55,410 nt of DNA from Alphaproteobacteria bacterium (GTDB lineage Bacteria; Pseudomonadota; Alphaproteobacteria; Rs-D84), in the NCBI GenBank assembly GCA_029059055.1, contig JAIDWS010000019.1, forward strand, positions 1 to 55,410, written 5' to 3'. Positions 1 to 9,257 of the stretch are shown here, one piece after another (position 1 is the first letter of the stretch; each line of letters starts with the position of its first letter). The notes under the pieces were generated by a model, which was not told where the DNA came from, made no database searches, and was given only the letters and a program-made list of their open reading frames with translations. A program made the translations under genes and the position numbers.

Positions 1-406
1 GTGACGGATTGCCCCCCGCCACCATCAGCCCCACCCCCAGGGCCTGGACAATGGCGGTACGTTTTAATTCTGCGTTCATGCGGGCCGACATCTGGGCCAT
101 ATGCCCGCCCAACGTATGCCCCAATTCATGCGCAACGACCGCCTGTAACGCATCGGGCGTTTTAACCTGGGTCAATAATCCGGTGTAAATATAAACTTCT
201 TCGCCACCACTGACAAATGCGTTGAAATCGTCACTGTGGACCACATTTATCTTTAACCGGCCCGACGGGATACCCGCCGCCGTCGCCAACGGTTCCACCA
301 ATTCCGTCAAATGCCGTTCGATTTCCGTATCGTTAATGATGGCGGCGGCATGCGCCGTAACCGACGCCCACATCATCATCAAAGCGCACATTAATCGCCG
401 CATCAT
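1..406 (-). CDS. M48-family zinc metalloprotease (BepA/YfgC-like), 3' part runs off the window
   Basis: Manual translation, not in ORF track: MMRRLMCALMMMWASVTAHAAAIINDTEIE...DFNAFVSGGEEVYIYTGLL...VVAHELGH. It has a signal peptide and the HEXXH motif. The ATG overlaps the recG stop (ATGA). Confidence 0.8.
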   Translation of the reverse strand, partial: MMRRLMCALMMMWASVTAHAAAIINDTEIERHLTELVEPLATAAGIPSGRLKINVVHSDDFNAFVSGGEEVYIYTGLLTQVKTPDALQAVVAHELGHTLGGHMAQMSARMNAELKRTAIVQALGVGLMVAGGNPS

Positions 407-2466
407 GCCCCCACCGCCAATCGCCGGTCAAAGATAAACATTAAATCGTTGATAAACGGGGTTGGCGCATCCATTTCCATCGCGGCCCGCGATGCCAATT
501 TAAACAAATCACGGTGTTCACGATAATCAACAAAGTGATATTGAATCCAACCGCTTTGCCGTGTGCCCAACAATTCGCCCGTCCCGCGCATCATCAAATC
601 TTGTTCTGCGATGACAAACCCGTCGTCTGTTTCGCACAGAACATCCAAACGACGCATGCCATCTTCGCTTAAATGATTCCCATGCATCAGGATGCAATAC
701 GATTGCAATGCGCCGCGTCCGACACGCCCACGCAATTGATGCAGCGCCGCCAGACCAAAACGTTCCGCATTTTCAATCACAATTATCGTCGCACGCGGGA
801 CGTCAATACCAACTTCGATAACCGTGGTTGCGACCAGCAATGGCATATCGGAATTATCATCGGCGAATTCCGCCATGACGGCATCACGCTGTTTTTTATC
901 CATCTGGCCATGGACCAGACCGATACCCGGCCAGAATTTCCGTAAATCATCATATCGTGCCTGGGCGGCGGTCATATCCGATTCCGCCGTTTCCGCGACC
1001 AGGGGCGTGACCCAGAACACTTTGGCCCCGGCATCGATTTGCGCCGATACCCGTTCGACCAACGCCCCAATACGTGACAACGGCAATTTAGTCGTTTTTA
1101 TCGGCAAACGCCCCGCCGGTTTTTCATTGATAACCGACACATCCATATCGCCATAAATCGTCATTGACAACGTGCGCGGAATCGGTGTCGCAGACAAAGC
1201 CAGTAAATCGGGATTTGTTCCCTTGGCCCGCATGGCTTCGCGTTGCGACACGCCAAAGCGATGCTGTTCATCCACAATCACCAGGCCCAAATCTTTGTAT
1301 TGCACATCATCGGAAAACAACGCGTGTGTCCCAATGGCCAGGCGCGTGCGCCCCGACCGCAGGGATATCAGTTTTTCACGCCGCGCGGCCCCTTTGTCCC
1401 GGCCGGTCAAGACATCACAAACCAATCCCATTTTTTCGCACATCGGCGCCAGTTTCGCAAAATGCTGCTGGGCCAATGTGTCGGTCGGTGCCATCAATAC
1501 CGTTTGCGCACCGGTTTCGGCCATCAATACCGCCGCCGCCATGGCGACCATGGTTTTACCACTGCCCACATCCCCCTGGACCAGGCGCATCATCGGGACA
1601 TCACGCATCATGTCGGCACGAATATCGTCAATGGTCCGCTGCTGGGCGCCGGTCAAATCAAACGGCAAAATTTGATAAAAACGGTCCATCAAATCATATT
1701 TTTTCGCACGCGACGGGCGACGATGTCGCGCATCACGGCGTTCACGTCGCGTAATGGCAATAGCCGATTGATGCGCCAACAATTCGTAATACGCCAATTT
1801 CACCACGTGCGTCGCCCCAGGCGCCAAATCAGCGGGATCGGTTGGGAAATGCACCCGTTGCAACGCATCGAAAAATTCCCGCGTTTGATCATCGGTATCG
1901 TGCAAACCGACATTATCATGCAAAGCCCGAAAAACCTGGTCACGGACGGCGGCGAATGTTTTTTGGGTCAAACCTTCGCCGGCGGGGTAAATGGCCTGGA
2001 CCGCGGGGATTTTGTCGGCAGATTCCAATGTTTCGATAAATTCAGGATGATTCATCACCCAATTTCCACGTGGGCTGCGTTCCAATTTACCACTGACCAC
2101 GCGATATTCGCCAATGGGCAATTTTTTCAACCAATAATCCAGAAAATTCGCATTAAAGAACTGAATCACCACACGATTGCCCGCCGCATCCAGACAGATA
2201 ACCTGGCTGGGGGCGCGGCGCCCGCGAAATTTTCCACCAACCTTGTGCGATTGAATGTGCAGGCGTAATGTCACCACATCGCCGGGCGTCACATCGGCAA
2301 CGTTGTCAATGATATCACGCCGACGTACACCACTGGGCCGGTGCAATAAAAAATCCAGCACACGCCGCCCACCCAGAACATCTTCGAACCGGGCGGCGAC
2401 AACGGGGCCGACACCTTTGACGAATTGCAAATCGGTTTTCAGAAAATCCAGCAGTTCCTGTTTCAT
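403..2466 (-). CDS. recG: ATP-dependent DNA helicase RecG
   Basis: QGDVGSGKT Walker A, DEQHRFG, SATPIPRTL, QLRGRVGRG and TRG-type RGTGELLGTRQSG motifs. Likely start MKQELL at 2466. Confidence 0.97.
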   Translation of the reverse strand: MKQELLDFLKTDLQFVKGVGPVVAARFEDVLGGRRVLDFLLHRPSGVRRRDIIDNVADVTPGDVVTLRLHIQSHKVGGKFRGRRAPSQVICLDAAGNRVVIQFFNANFLDYWLKKLPIGEYRVVSGKLERSPRGNWVMNHPEFIETLESADKIPAVQAIYPAGEGLTQKTFAAVRDQVFRALHDNVGLHDTDDQTREFFDALQRVHFPTDPADLAPGATHVVKLAYYELLAHQSAIAITRRERRDARHRRPSRAKKYDLMDRFYQILPFDLTGAQQRTIDDIRADMMRDVPMMRLVQGDVGSGKTMVAMAAAVLMAETGAQTVLMAPTDTLAQQHFAKLAPMCEKMGLVCDVLTGRDKGAARREKLISLRSGRTRLAIGTHALFSDDVQYKDLGLVIVDEQHRFGVSQREAMRAKGTNPDLLALSATPIPRTLSMTIYGDMDVSVINEKPAGRLPIKTTKLPLSRIGALVERVSAQIDAGAKVFWVTPLVAETAESDMTAAQARYDDLRKFWPGIGLVHGQMDKKQRDAVMAEFADDNSDMPLLVATTVIEVGIDVPRATIIVIENAERFGLAALHQLRGRVGRGALQSYCILMHGNHLSEDGMRRLDVLCETDDGFVIAEQDLMMRGTGELLGTRQSGWIQYHFVDYREHRDLFKLASRAAMEMDAPTPFINDLMFIFDRRLAVGA

Positions 2467-2508
2467 ACAATACAAACGGTACCCAAATTTATCCCCGGAT
2501 TCAATAAT

Positions 2509-2538
2509 AAAAAACGGCCCCGCGAATGCGGGGACCGA
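2509..2538 (-). terminator. Intrinsic terminator of the DUF378 gene
   Basis: Minus strand CCCCGC-ATTC-GCGGGG followed by CCGTTTTTT. Confidence 0.75.
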
Positions 2539-2562
2539 TGGACTGTTTTGACAACCGATTAT

Positions 2563-2778
2563 TTATCGTGCATTACGCGCCGCCGGACGATCAATGAACG
2601 CCCAAATCAGCCAAATCAACGCAGCGATACCGATGATGCAGTATACAATGCGGCTGGCAACGGTCGCCGGGCCAAACAAAAACGCGACCAAATCAAAACC
2701 GAACAAACCAATCAGCCCCCAGTTCAAGGCACCGATAAATGTCAACGGTTTCAGGATATAGCGGGTTAATTCTCTCAT
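2563..2778 (-). CDS. DUF378 (YuzA-like) small membrane protein
   Basis: IGALNWGLIGLFGFDLVAFLFG signature, two hydrophobic helices, AGGAG RBS. Confidence 0.9.
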   Translation of the reverse strand: MRELTRYILKPLTFIGALNWGLIGLFGFDLVAFLFGPATVASRIVYCIIGIAALIWLIWAFIDRPAARNAR

Positions 2779-2825
2779 CTTTTATTCTCCTATTTAAGAT
2801 TAACTGTGTCAGTTACGACAGATGT

Positions 2826-2854
2826 ATTATATCTGTTTTTTTACCACGTTTCAA
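2826..2854 (-). promoter_or_regulatory. sigma70-type promoter for the DUF378 gene
   Basis: TTGAAA-N17-TATAAT on the minus strand. Confidence 0.65.
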
Positions 2855-2938
2855 TTTGAATACAGCACTTAGGAAAACGTTCTTAGCCGCGTATTTCCTG
2901 GGATTTTTTGCACATTACCGGAACAGACTGCCGCATAT

Positions 2939-3874
2939 TTATTTACGTTTCAGCGCCCAAACAAACGGGTCCATAATGTCATCATAGACATCATTACAAT
3001 CCGATTGCGCAAAACGTTGGGTCAATGTTTTTATCCATTCCGGATTCGCGCCGCGACCACTGTCACTGCGGGCGCATCGGGCGCGAAATTCGGCCTGGGA
3101 TTTCGTGATATAATGATTGCAACGAATGCGATGCCATGTGGGCGGATTGTTTGTCTGGTCAATATGCCCCAGACGGCGCCCGTTTTCATCCACGGTAAAA
3201 CCGGCGACTTCGTTGGCATGGGCACTGTGTTGGCGCACCGCCAGTCGCGGGTTAATAATGGATTTCACGCCCCATGATTTGGCACTGTGACGTTTGTAAT
3301 TTTCAATCACCAATCCGTCCGGTTTGGTCACATGTCCCGACGACCCATAAATGACCCATGTCATGATTAACTGGGCAAAGCCGTATGGCAAACTGTACAG
3401 AAATTCCGGCACAGTTTTATGATAAACCGGCACAATAAATTCATCCAAATCAATCAGTGCCATCCAGCGCGCATCTTGGGCGTGTCGATTAATCGCATCG
3501 ACATAGGCCGCATTTTGCATCTGTCGCCCCGGCCACCACGTGTATTCAACCAGGCCGCGCCGAATATACGGTGCCAAGATTTTTTTAGTATCATCATCGG
3601 ACCCATTGTCATACAGATAAAATTTATCGACCCCGACCAAGATATGAAAATCCAGCCATTCTTTTAAATACGGGCCTTCGTTCTTCATGATGGCGGCAAC
3701 GGCCAACGTATGTGCAAATCGTCGATTTTTATCGGTGCGGATAACATGTCGATATTGACGCAACCCCAGCTGGAAAATCCCACGCATCGCCCGGCGCCAT
3801 GCGGCGACCGGAATCCAAAACGTCGCCAGAATCGCCCGACGGCGCATCCCCCGTGTAATAATTGGCAATGCCAT
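2939..3874 (-). CDS. Glycosyltransferase, GT92/GT2-like (DUF23 / Glyco_tranf_2_4 type)
   Basis: AAIMKNEGPYLKEWLDFH...FYLYDNGSDD and WMALIDLDEFI (DxD-like) motifs. Confidence 0.8.
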   Translation of the reverse strand: MALPIITRGMRRRAILATFWIPVAAWRRAMRGIFQLGLRQYRHVIRTDKNRRFAHTLAVAAIMKNEGPYLKEWLDFHILVGVDKFYLYDNGSDDDTKKILAPYIRRGLVEYTWWPGRQMQNAAYVDAINRHAQDARWMALIDLDEFIVPVYHKTVPEFLYSLPYGFAQLIMTWVIYGSSGHVTKPDGLVIENYKRHSAKSWGVKSIINPRLAVRQHSAHANEVAGFTVDENGRRLGHIDQTNNPPTWHRIRCNHYITKSQAEFRARCARSDSGRGANPEWIKTLTQRFAQSDCNDVYDDIMDPFVWALKRK

Positions 3875-3895
3875 TTCATACCCCCGTATACAGAC

Positions 3896-4070
3896 AAAAA
3901 ACCACCGGAAAATTCCAGGTGGCAGGAGGTTCGAAACTATCTATTATGAAATAGCGCGGGTTATTTGATATTCACCCGCCCTCCCGCCGACAAGCAGGAG
4001 ACATTTATCGTCTGCGCAGACGCATAATAGAGAGGTTTCGACGCCCCAACACCGGAATACCCGGTGTCAA
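3896..4070 (-). ncRNA. Structured leader/switch RNA, copy 1 (class A), upstream of the glycosyltransferase
   Basis: Promoter TTGCAT-N17-TATCAT (4076-4104). 5' hairpin ACACCGG/CCGGTGT. Closing stem TCGAAAC/GTTTCGA plus TCTATTATG/CATAATAGA. Switch CTCCTGC / GGCGGGAGG / CCTCCTGCC. Terminator CCACC/GGTGG-T6. Confidence 0.75.
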
Positions 4071-4109
4071 GACTTATGATACAGCCCCAAAAGAAAAAAT
4101 GCAAGGGGG

Positions 4110-4805
4110 TCAGAATAAAATATATATCGCAAACGGTGCAATCACCGCGGTCAACAATCCGGATAACACAATGGCCAGACTGCTCATGGCACCTTCGACA
4201 GGGCCCATTTCCATGGCCTTGGTCGTGCCGGCGGCGTGTGACGCGTTGCCAATGGCCAAGCCTTTGGCGATGGGATTCCGCAACCCCAACCGGCGACAGA
4301 CAACATCGCTGACCGATGCGCCCAAAATCCCGGTTACAATCACCGATGACACGGTTAATGCCACCACCCCACCCAACTTTTCTGTGATGCCGATTGCAAT
4401 CGCGGTCGTCACCGATATCGATACCAACGATTTGGCCACCACATCCCCCAACCCGAACATGATGCAAATCAGTGCCACCGAAAACACCGAACACATAACA
4501 CCGATTAAAATCGACAACAATATCGCCGGCCCGTGCCGCTTTAACAACGGCAATTGGCGATACATCGGCACCGCAAAGCACACCGTCACCGGCACCAGAA
4601 AATATGTAATATATTGCGCCCCGTTATTATACGCGTCATACGGCACACCGCACAGAACCAAAACCGCCACCACGAACATGGTCGCCAAGAACAGTGGCGT
4701 CGTCAACGGACATGGCCATTTCTTGTTAATAATCACCGCCAATGCGAACATCGCCAGCGTTAATGCCACACCAAAATATGGGGATGCAGATAAAAATTCC
4801 ATCAT
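4110..4805 (-). CDS. lrgB: LrgB/CidB-family membrane protein
   Basis: PVTVCFAVPMY, SISVTTAIAIGI, GLAIGNASHAAGTTKA motifs; coupled to lrgA. Confidence 0.92.
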   Translation of the reverse strand: MMEFLSASPYFGVALTLAMFALAVIINKKWPCPLTTPLFLATMFVVAVLVLCGVPYDAYNNGAQYITYFLVPVTVCFAVPMYRQLPLLKRHGPAILLSILIGVMCSVFSVALICIMFGLGDVVAKSLVSISVTTAIAIGITEKLGGVVALTVSSVIVTGILGASVSDVVCRRLGLRNPIAKGLAIGNASHAAGTTKAMEMGPVEGAMSSLAIVLSGLLTAVIAPFAIYILF

Positions 4806-5191
4806 TTTGCCACCTTTGCCCGGCCCCGTTGTTTAACGTTACGTTCCGCCGCATCCGGTATCAATGCCTGGGCCGTGACACCGGTTGTCACCATCGTCAC
4901 CAGATACGCCACCACCAGCAAAATGACCAACATCGGCCAGATATCGGCGATATCACCCCAAATGCCGATAATCGCAACCGCCGGCGCAACAAAGAACAAC
5001 GACATAATACCATGCAACCAATCGGCCACATCCGCCACCCACGACAATTTAACGATACCCGTGACCAGCGCAATAAATAATAAAATCAATCCATAAATAC
5101 TGCCTGCAATCGGCAACGGGATAAAATATTCCATGACTTCGCCGATAAAGACGAACAGCATGATAACCCCAAACTGAAACAGATACTTCAT
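4802..5191 (-). CDS. lrgA: LrgA/CidA-family holin-like protein
   Basis: GEVMEYFIPLPIAGSIYGLILLF and MSLFFVAPAVAII motifs; adjacent to lrgB. Confidence 0.9.
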   Translation of the reverse strand: MKYLFQFGVIMLFVFIGEVMEYFIPLPIAGSIYGLILLFIALVTGIVKLSWVADVADWLHGIMSLFFVAPAVAIIGIWGDIADIWPMLVILLVVAYLVTMVTTGVTAQALIPDAAERNVKQRGRAKVAK

Positions 5192-5258
5192 TCGCCCCCC
5201 CTGTAACTGTCTTGTAATTTACACCATTTCCGGCCCCGGTGTCAAACCACAAAAAATC

Positions 5259-5281
5259 AAAAACCGCCATACGGCGGTTTG
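5259..5281 (-). terminator. Intrinsic terminator of the OMP gene
   Basis: AAACCGCC-GTAT-GGCGGTTTTT. Confidence 0.7.
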
Positions 5282-5283
5282 TT

Positions 5284-5922
5284 TCAGAACGTATAACGCA
5301 ATCCCACGTTAACCCCGAATAAATCCACGGAATTTTCAGACGTGGTCATAAAATACCGCATTCCGACATCGGCAGACATATGTCGCGAAATATTAAACCC
5401 AATCCCACCGTGCAGACCGTACGCAAACGCCGTTTCTACCGCGGACAGGGAAACATCACTGGTGTGGCCGCCCGCATAAGATGTCATGAACGCGTCGACA
5501 TCTTCGTCCAGACGCATCATCCCCAGCCCCAGACCGACAAACGGTTTAATCTTGTAATCGACCAAGAAATCGACATATCCATTGGCCAAAACAGACGTAA
5601 ATGTCTGGTTGTTTTCGACATATCCAAATGACATGGGGAACAAATCAATATCCTTGTCATCGCCCAGGAAAGACAAAGAACCTTCGACTTCTGCGCGCAG
5701 ATTGACGCTGGTCATCTTGTATTGAACCCCGGCCGCAACTGCAACCGCGATGCCCGACGGGTCGACCCCCGCATCATCCCACGAAGATGCCGCATATCCC
5801 CCGCGCAACGCAATATATGCAGACGGTTTGTGTGATGCAGTATTTTGCGATTGTTCGCCGTGGGCATTGACCGCACAACACGCCGCAACAGGCAAAACAA
5901 ATAACGCTTTTGATTTTTTCAT
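5284..5922 (-). CDS. Outer-membrane beta-barrel protein (OMP_b-brl / opacity-porin-like)
   Basis: Signal peptide, alternating strands (LRAEVEG, KPFVGLGLG), C-terminal GLRYTF Bam signal. Confidence 0.85.
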   Translation of the reverse strand: MKKSKALFVLPVAACCAVNAHGEQSQNTASHKPSAYIALRGGYAASSWDDAGVDPSGIAVAVAAGVQYKMTSVNLRAEVEGSLSFLGDDKDIDLFPMSFGYVENNQTFTSVLANGYVDFLVDYKIKPFVGLGLGMMRLDEDVDAFMTSYAGGHTSDVSLSAVETAFAYGLHGGIGFNISRHMSADVGMRYFMTTSENSVDLFGVNVGLRYTF

Positions 5923-5968
5923 TTTTCTTCCTTTTGTTTATATAGAAACATTTTCCTATGCCAGGCAT

Positions 5969-6202
5969 AAAAAAATACCGCCAAACAAGATGGCGGTCGG
6001 GAAGTTTAGAAATCATATTTGTTGAAATGACTCCGTTGCCTTTGGGATGACCCCTGTTGTATAACAAACGGCTCCCCGACCAGGGTCAGGGATATAACGG
6101 CGCAGTCATGCACCATCACATCAGATTCAGATATCGATGCAAAACTGCACCGCAACAAATAAGGGTTCTAACACCCCCGAAGCCAAATCCCTTTGGTTTC
6201 AC
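5969..6202 (-). ncRNA. Structured leader/switch RNA, copy 2 (class B), upstream of the OMP
   Basis: TTGAAA-N17-TAAACT. 5' hairpin GAAACCAAA-GGGA-TTTGGCTTC. Stems TTAGAA/TTCTAA and TATTTGTTG/CAACAAATA. Switch TCCCTGACC / GGTCGGGGAG / CTTCCCGACC. Terminator ACCGCCA/TGGCGGT-AT6. Confidence 0.75.
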
Positions 6203-6232
6203 GAAACAGTTTAAATTATCAGAATTTTGTTT

Positions 6233-6907
6233 TCAAGAATTAATTATCCGCATCATTGCGAAATTGGCCAGGTGTAATCCAAACGCCCCCGTCACCGTTA
6301 TCATCGACCCCATGGGCGCACCCGGCGTGGCGGTGGCGGCAACTTCGTCGGAAAACACAACCGGAAAATCCGGCAATCCGCCGTCCCGCGCCATACGGCG
6401 GATTTTGGCCGCCAATGGACACACCGATGTTTTGGATATCCGGGATACGCGAATGCGTGTAATATCGGTCTTGCGCGCGGCACCCATGCTGGAAATAAAC
6501 GCAATATTGTGCGCCACGCACCATTGGTACAGTGCCAATTTCGATGCAACAGAATCAATCGCATCAATCACAAAATCCGGTTGCACATCCGGATTGCTGG
6601 CCGCATCCCAAAACATATTCAGCGCATCCACACGAACATCGGGATTAATGTCGCGCACGCGCGCGGCGGCGACATCCACCTTGGGCTGATTCAGTGTGGA
6701 CATCAATGCGAATAATTGGCGGTTGATATTGCTTTCTTCGACACGGTCAAAATCCACCAAGATTAACCGCCCCACCCCGCTGCGTGCCAAGGCTTCGATG
6801 GCAAATGACCCAACCGCCCCGCATCCGACCACCATAACCGTGGCCCCACGCAGACGTTCAACCGCCGCATCGCCCAACAACAAACGAATTCGATGTAATC
6901 TATCCAT
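6233..6907 (-). CDS. tcdA: ThiF/E1-like enzyme, tRNA threonylcarbamoyladenosine dehydratase-like
   Basis: VVGCGAVGS, LILVDFDRVEESNINRQ, VIDAID, ISSMGAA, CPLA motifs. Confidence 0.8.
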   Translation of the reverse strand: MDRLHRIRLLLGDAAVERLRGATVMVVGCGAVGSFAIEALARSGVGRLILVDFDRVEESNINRQLFALMSTLNQPKVDVAAARVRDINPDVRVDALNMFWDAASNPDVQPDFVIDAIDSVASKLALYQWCVAHNIAFISSMGAARKTDITRIRVSRISKTSVCPLAAKIRRMARDGGLPDFPVVFSDEVAATATPGAPMGSMITVTGAFGLHLANFAMMRIINS

Positions 6908-7622
6908 TGACCAATGCCCCCATACTGTTTATGTAAATCACGCCCGTCATATCCGCGCCACGCAACTGCGAAATTTTGTCCACCACCGCCATAACCACAA
7001 TCGGATTGGCGCCGTCACTTTCGGCCAAGATACATTGCCCGGGCGCGGCACGCACGCACCCCTGAACGCGGCGATGCGCGTTATCCAACACCGCCGGACC
7101 AAACGAAAAATATACCGGATACCGCTGGGCCAACATGGACATGATTTCCACACTGCCCCCGAAACCGTGCATAATCATGCGCGGCGGTATATTATCCCCC
7201 AGCCGGATTAACACCCGAAGCAATCGGTCCCATGCCCCCACCCAATGAATATGAACCACCCGGCGCAAATCGGCCGCAATTTCCATCTGGCGGATAAAAA
7301 CAGATTCTTGGGCATCGATGTCGGGATAATTTTTATCCAGACCGATTTCCCCGACCATCAAATCCGGCCGCGCGACCAAGGCATCGGCCATGCGCATATC
7401 CCATCCGTCCCGTACCGCGCCCACATGCCAGGGATGAATCCCGATGGCACCACACACACCGGGCGTATTTGCCGACGCATTCATAATGGGCGCCCAATCC
7501 ATTTCTGTGACGGCGTTCCATACGCATTTGGCAACACCGGCCCGCTGGGCGGCGGCAACAACCGCGTCCATATCGGCCCCGGCATTCAAATGGCAATGCG
7601 CATCAACATAATATTTATTCAT
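6900..7622 (-). CDS. tatD: TatD-family hydrolase/DNase
   Basis: DAHCHL, GIHPWH, VGEIGLD, MHGF, LAESD motifs. Start trimmed to MNKYYV. Confidence 0.88.
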   Translation of the reverse strand: MNKYYVDAHCHLNAGADMDAVVAAAQRAGVAKCVWNAVTEMDWAPIMNASANTPGVCGAIGIHPWHVGAVRDGWDMRMADALVARPDLMVGEIGLDKNYPDIDAQESVFIRQMEIAADLRRVVHIHWVGAWDRLLRVLIRLGDNIPPRMIMHGFGGSVEIMSMLAQRYPVYFSFGPAVLDNAHRRVQGCVRAAPGQCILAESDGANPIVVMAVVDKISQLRGADMTGVIYINSMGALVNG

Positions 7623-7801
7623 ACCCCAACCATAGCCCGCCACCACCCGTTTTTTCAAGTAAATATTACGTCGTTTCCGCATATTGCGGCTGACTATTTT
7701 TTCCTAGGAATTCTTACTTCTACACCGGGGTGGCGGGCTGTGATAATATTCAATCTGTTTCTAGATTTTATTCCCAAATATGAGAACCACAGGAGGGAAA
7801 C

Positions 7802-8056
7802 ATGACTCATACCGGCATTTGGGCCGCCGTGGATAAAGTTGCAGAAATTATGGGATTGACACCGTCAGCGCTGGCCCGACGCTGTGGGATGGATGCGACC
7901 GCGTTTAATAAAAGCAAGCGTTGCACACAATACGGCCAGCCCCGTTGGCCATCCAGCCAAACCATTGCCAAGATTATTGAAACCGCCGGCGTATCCGAAG
8001 ACGAATTCTTTCGCATGGCGCGCATGTACGACCAGCCGGGCGTTTCATCCAAATAA
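7802..8056 (+). CDS. Helix-turn-helix transcriptional regulator (N-terminal domain of alphaproteobacterial phage-repressor-like S24 proteins)
   Basis: IWAAVDKVAE..GLTPSALARRCGMDATAFNKSKR...RWPSSQTIAKI; GGAGG RBS. Confidence 0.75.
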   Translation: MTHTGIWAAVDKVAEIMGLTPSALARRCGMDATAFNKSKRCTQYGQPRWPSSQTIAKIIETAGVSEDEFFRMARMYDQPGVSSK

Positions 8057-8100
8057 GTAAAATATGGGCGACATTTTATCGCCGCCCAAATATCGTTTGA

Positions 8101-8580
8101 TTACAAGATTGATCCATAATAACAATTTCCCCCACTGATGGTCCAATCGCCGGTATTGTCGGTGCCACTGGTCCCATCCATCAAGAAACAATCGAATATC
8201 GATGATCTACCCACGGCCGACGTACCGGGTTCCGGACATGGCGAACAAGACTGGCCCTTGCCGTAATATCCCGCGTTACATTGGTATTCGCACGCGCCGT
8301 CTGAACATCGTACGCTATAATTTTGACCACTGACACTGGTCCAGAACGCCGTCGGACATTCCGATGGGCACAGAACCGGATCGATGGGTGTAATGGTACC
8401 ACTGGTCGGACATCCCGCCGCAGCACAGGTTTCATTTGACGCCCGGCAACAGTTGACTTCACCGTCGCGAATTGGACACATAACGGTATAAGTTGCATTA
8501 CATGTGCGCGCATGCGCATTCGTGTACCCCAACACCCCCAGTATGCCCACACAACATAACCAAACAATGTTTTTATTCAT
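8101..8580 (-). CDS. Secreted Cys-rich hypothetical protein
   Basis: Signal peptide, many Cys, EGF/ephrin-like CNAGYYG...CSPCP segment. Confidence 0.75.
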   Translation of the reverse strand: MNKNIVWLCCVGILGVLGYTNAHARTCNATYTVMCPIRDGEVNCCRASNETCAAAGCPTSGTITPIDPVLCPSECPTAFWTSVSGQNYSVRCSDGACEYQCNAGYYGKGQSCSPCPEPGTSAVGRSSIFDCFLMDGTSGTDNTGDWTISGGNCYYGSIL

Positions 8581-8604
8581 GATTTACCCCCCTTGGTTTG
8601 GTGT

Positions 8605-8830
8605 AAAAAACCGCCACAGAATATGGCGGTCAGGGAGTTAGCAAATCACCTAAAAGATTGATTCCGCCAGCCTTTGGGAAACCCTGTTTTATAACTGGCA
8701 GCTCCCCGACCAACTGGCGGGGTATACAACAAAAGACGCTTACGCGCCCCATCGGCGGATTCAGTATTGCATGCAATACTGCTTTTAGGAGAGCTTGCTA
8801 CAGCCCTGAACCACATCCCTATGGTTCTAT
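8605..8830 (-). ncRNA. Structured leader/switch RNA, copy 3 (class B), upstream of the Cys-rich gene
   Basis: TTGACT-N18-CATAAT. 5' hairpin GAACCATA-GGGA-TGTGGTTC. Stems TAGCAA/TTGCTA and CCTAAAAG/CTTTTAGG. Switch CCCCGCC / GGTCGGGGAG / CTCCCTGACC. Terminator ACCGCCA/TGGCGGT-T5. Confidence 0.75.
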
Positions 8831-8981
8831 GGGTTAATTATGAATTATTCCAACGCACAAAGTCAAACAAATAATATGTTGTGGGGGCTTGATTACAAAA
8901 AAACGTGTGATATAATATGTCAACCAGGTAAAGCGTTATTTGCAATGTATGTCTGAAAACATGTGGGGAAAGAGGAGTCGC

Positions 8982-9257
8982 GTGAAGCACATATTATTGC
9001 CTGTATTTTGTGCGTTTTTGTGTTTGATGCCGTGGCGGCAATCGTTGGCCGATACCGCGGATTCGCGTCTGGCATCGGCAACATATGTCGATAACCGCAT
9101 CGCCGCCGCCGAAGAACGCGTCGTCAGCAAAGAAGAATTAAATACTTTTTCCGGCCAATTGCCCGAACAATTTGTCACAACATCCAGCCCCCAGGAAATT
9201 TCCGGCACCAAAACATATACCCAATCCCCGATTGTCCCGACACCGCCGTTGCCATAA
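8982..9257 (+). CDS. Small secreted hypothetical protein with tail-fibre-like motifs
   Basis: AGGAG RBS before GTG, signal peptide, ASATYVDNRI and QEISGTKTYTQSPIVPTP segments; coupled to the next gene. Confidence 0.6.
   Translation: MKHILLPVFCAFLCLMPWRQSLADTADSRLASATYVDNRIAAAEERVVSKEELNTFSGQLPEQFVTTSSPQEISGTKTYTQSPIVPTPPLP

Noticed and set aside
4110-5191. lrgAB as a toxin/lysis module
   Set aside because: An ordinary widespread pair, often pyruvate/lactate transport; no endolysin nearby.
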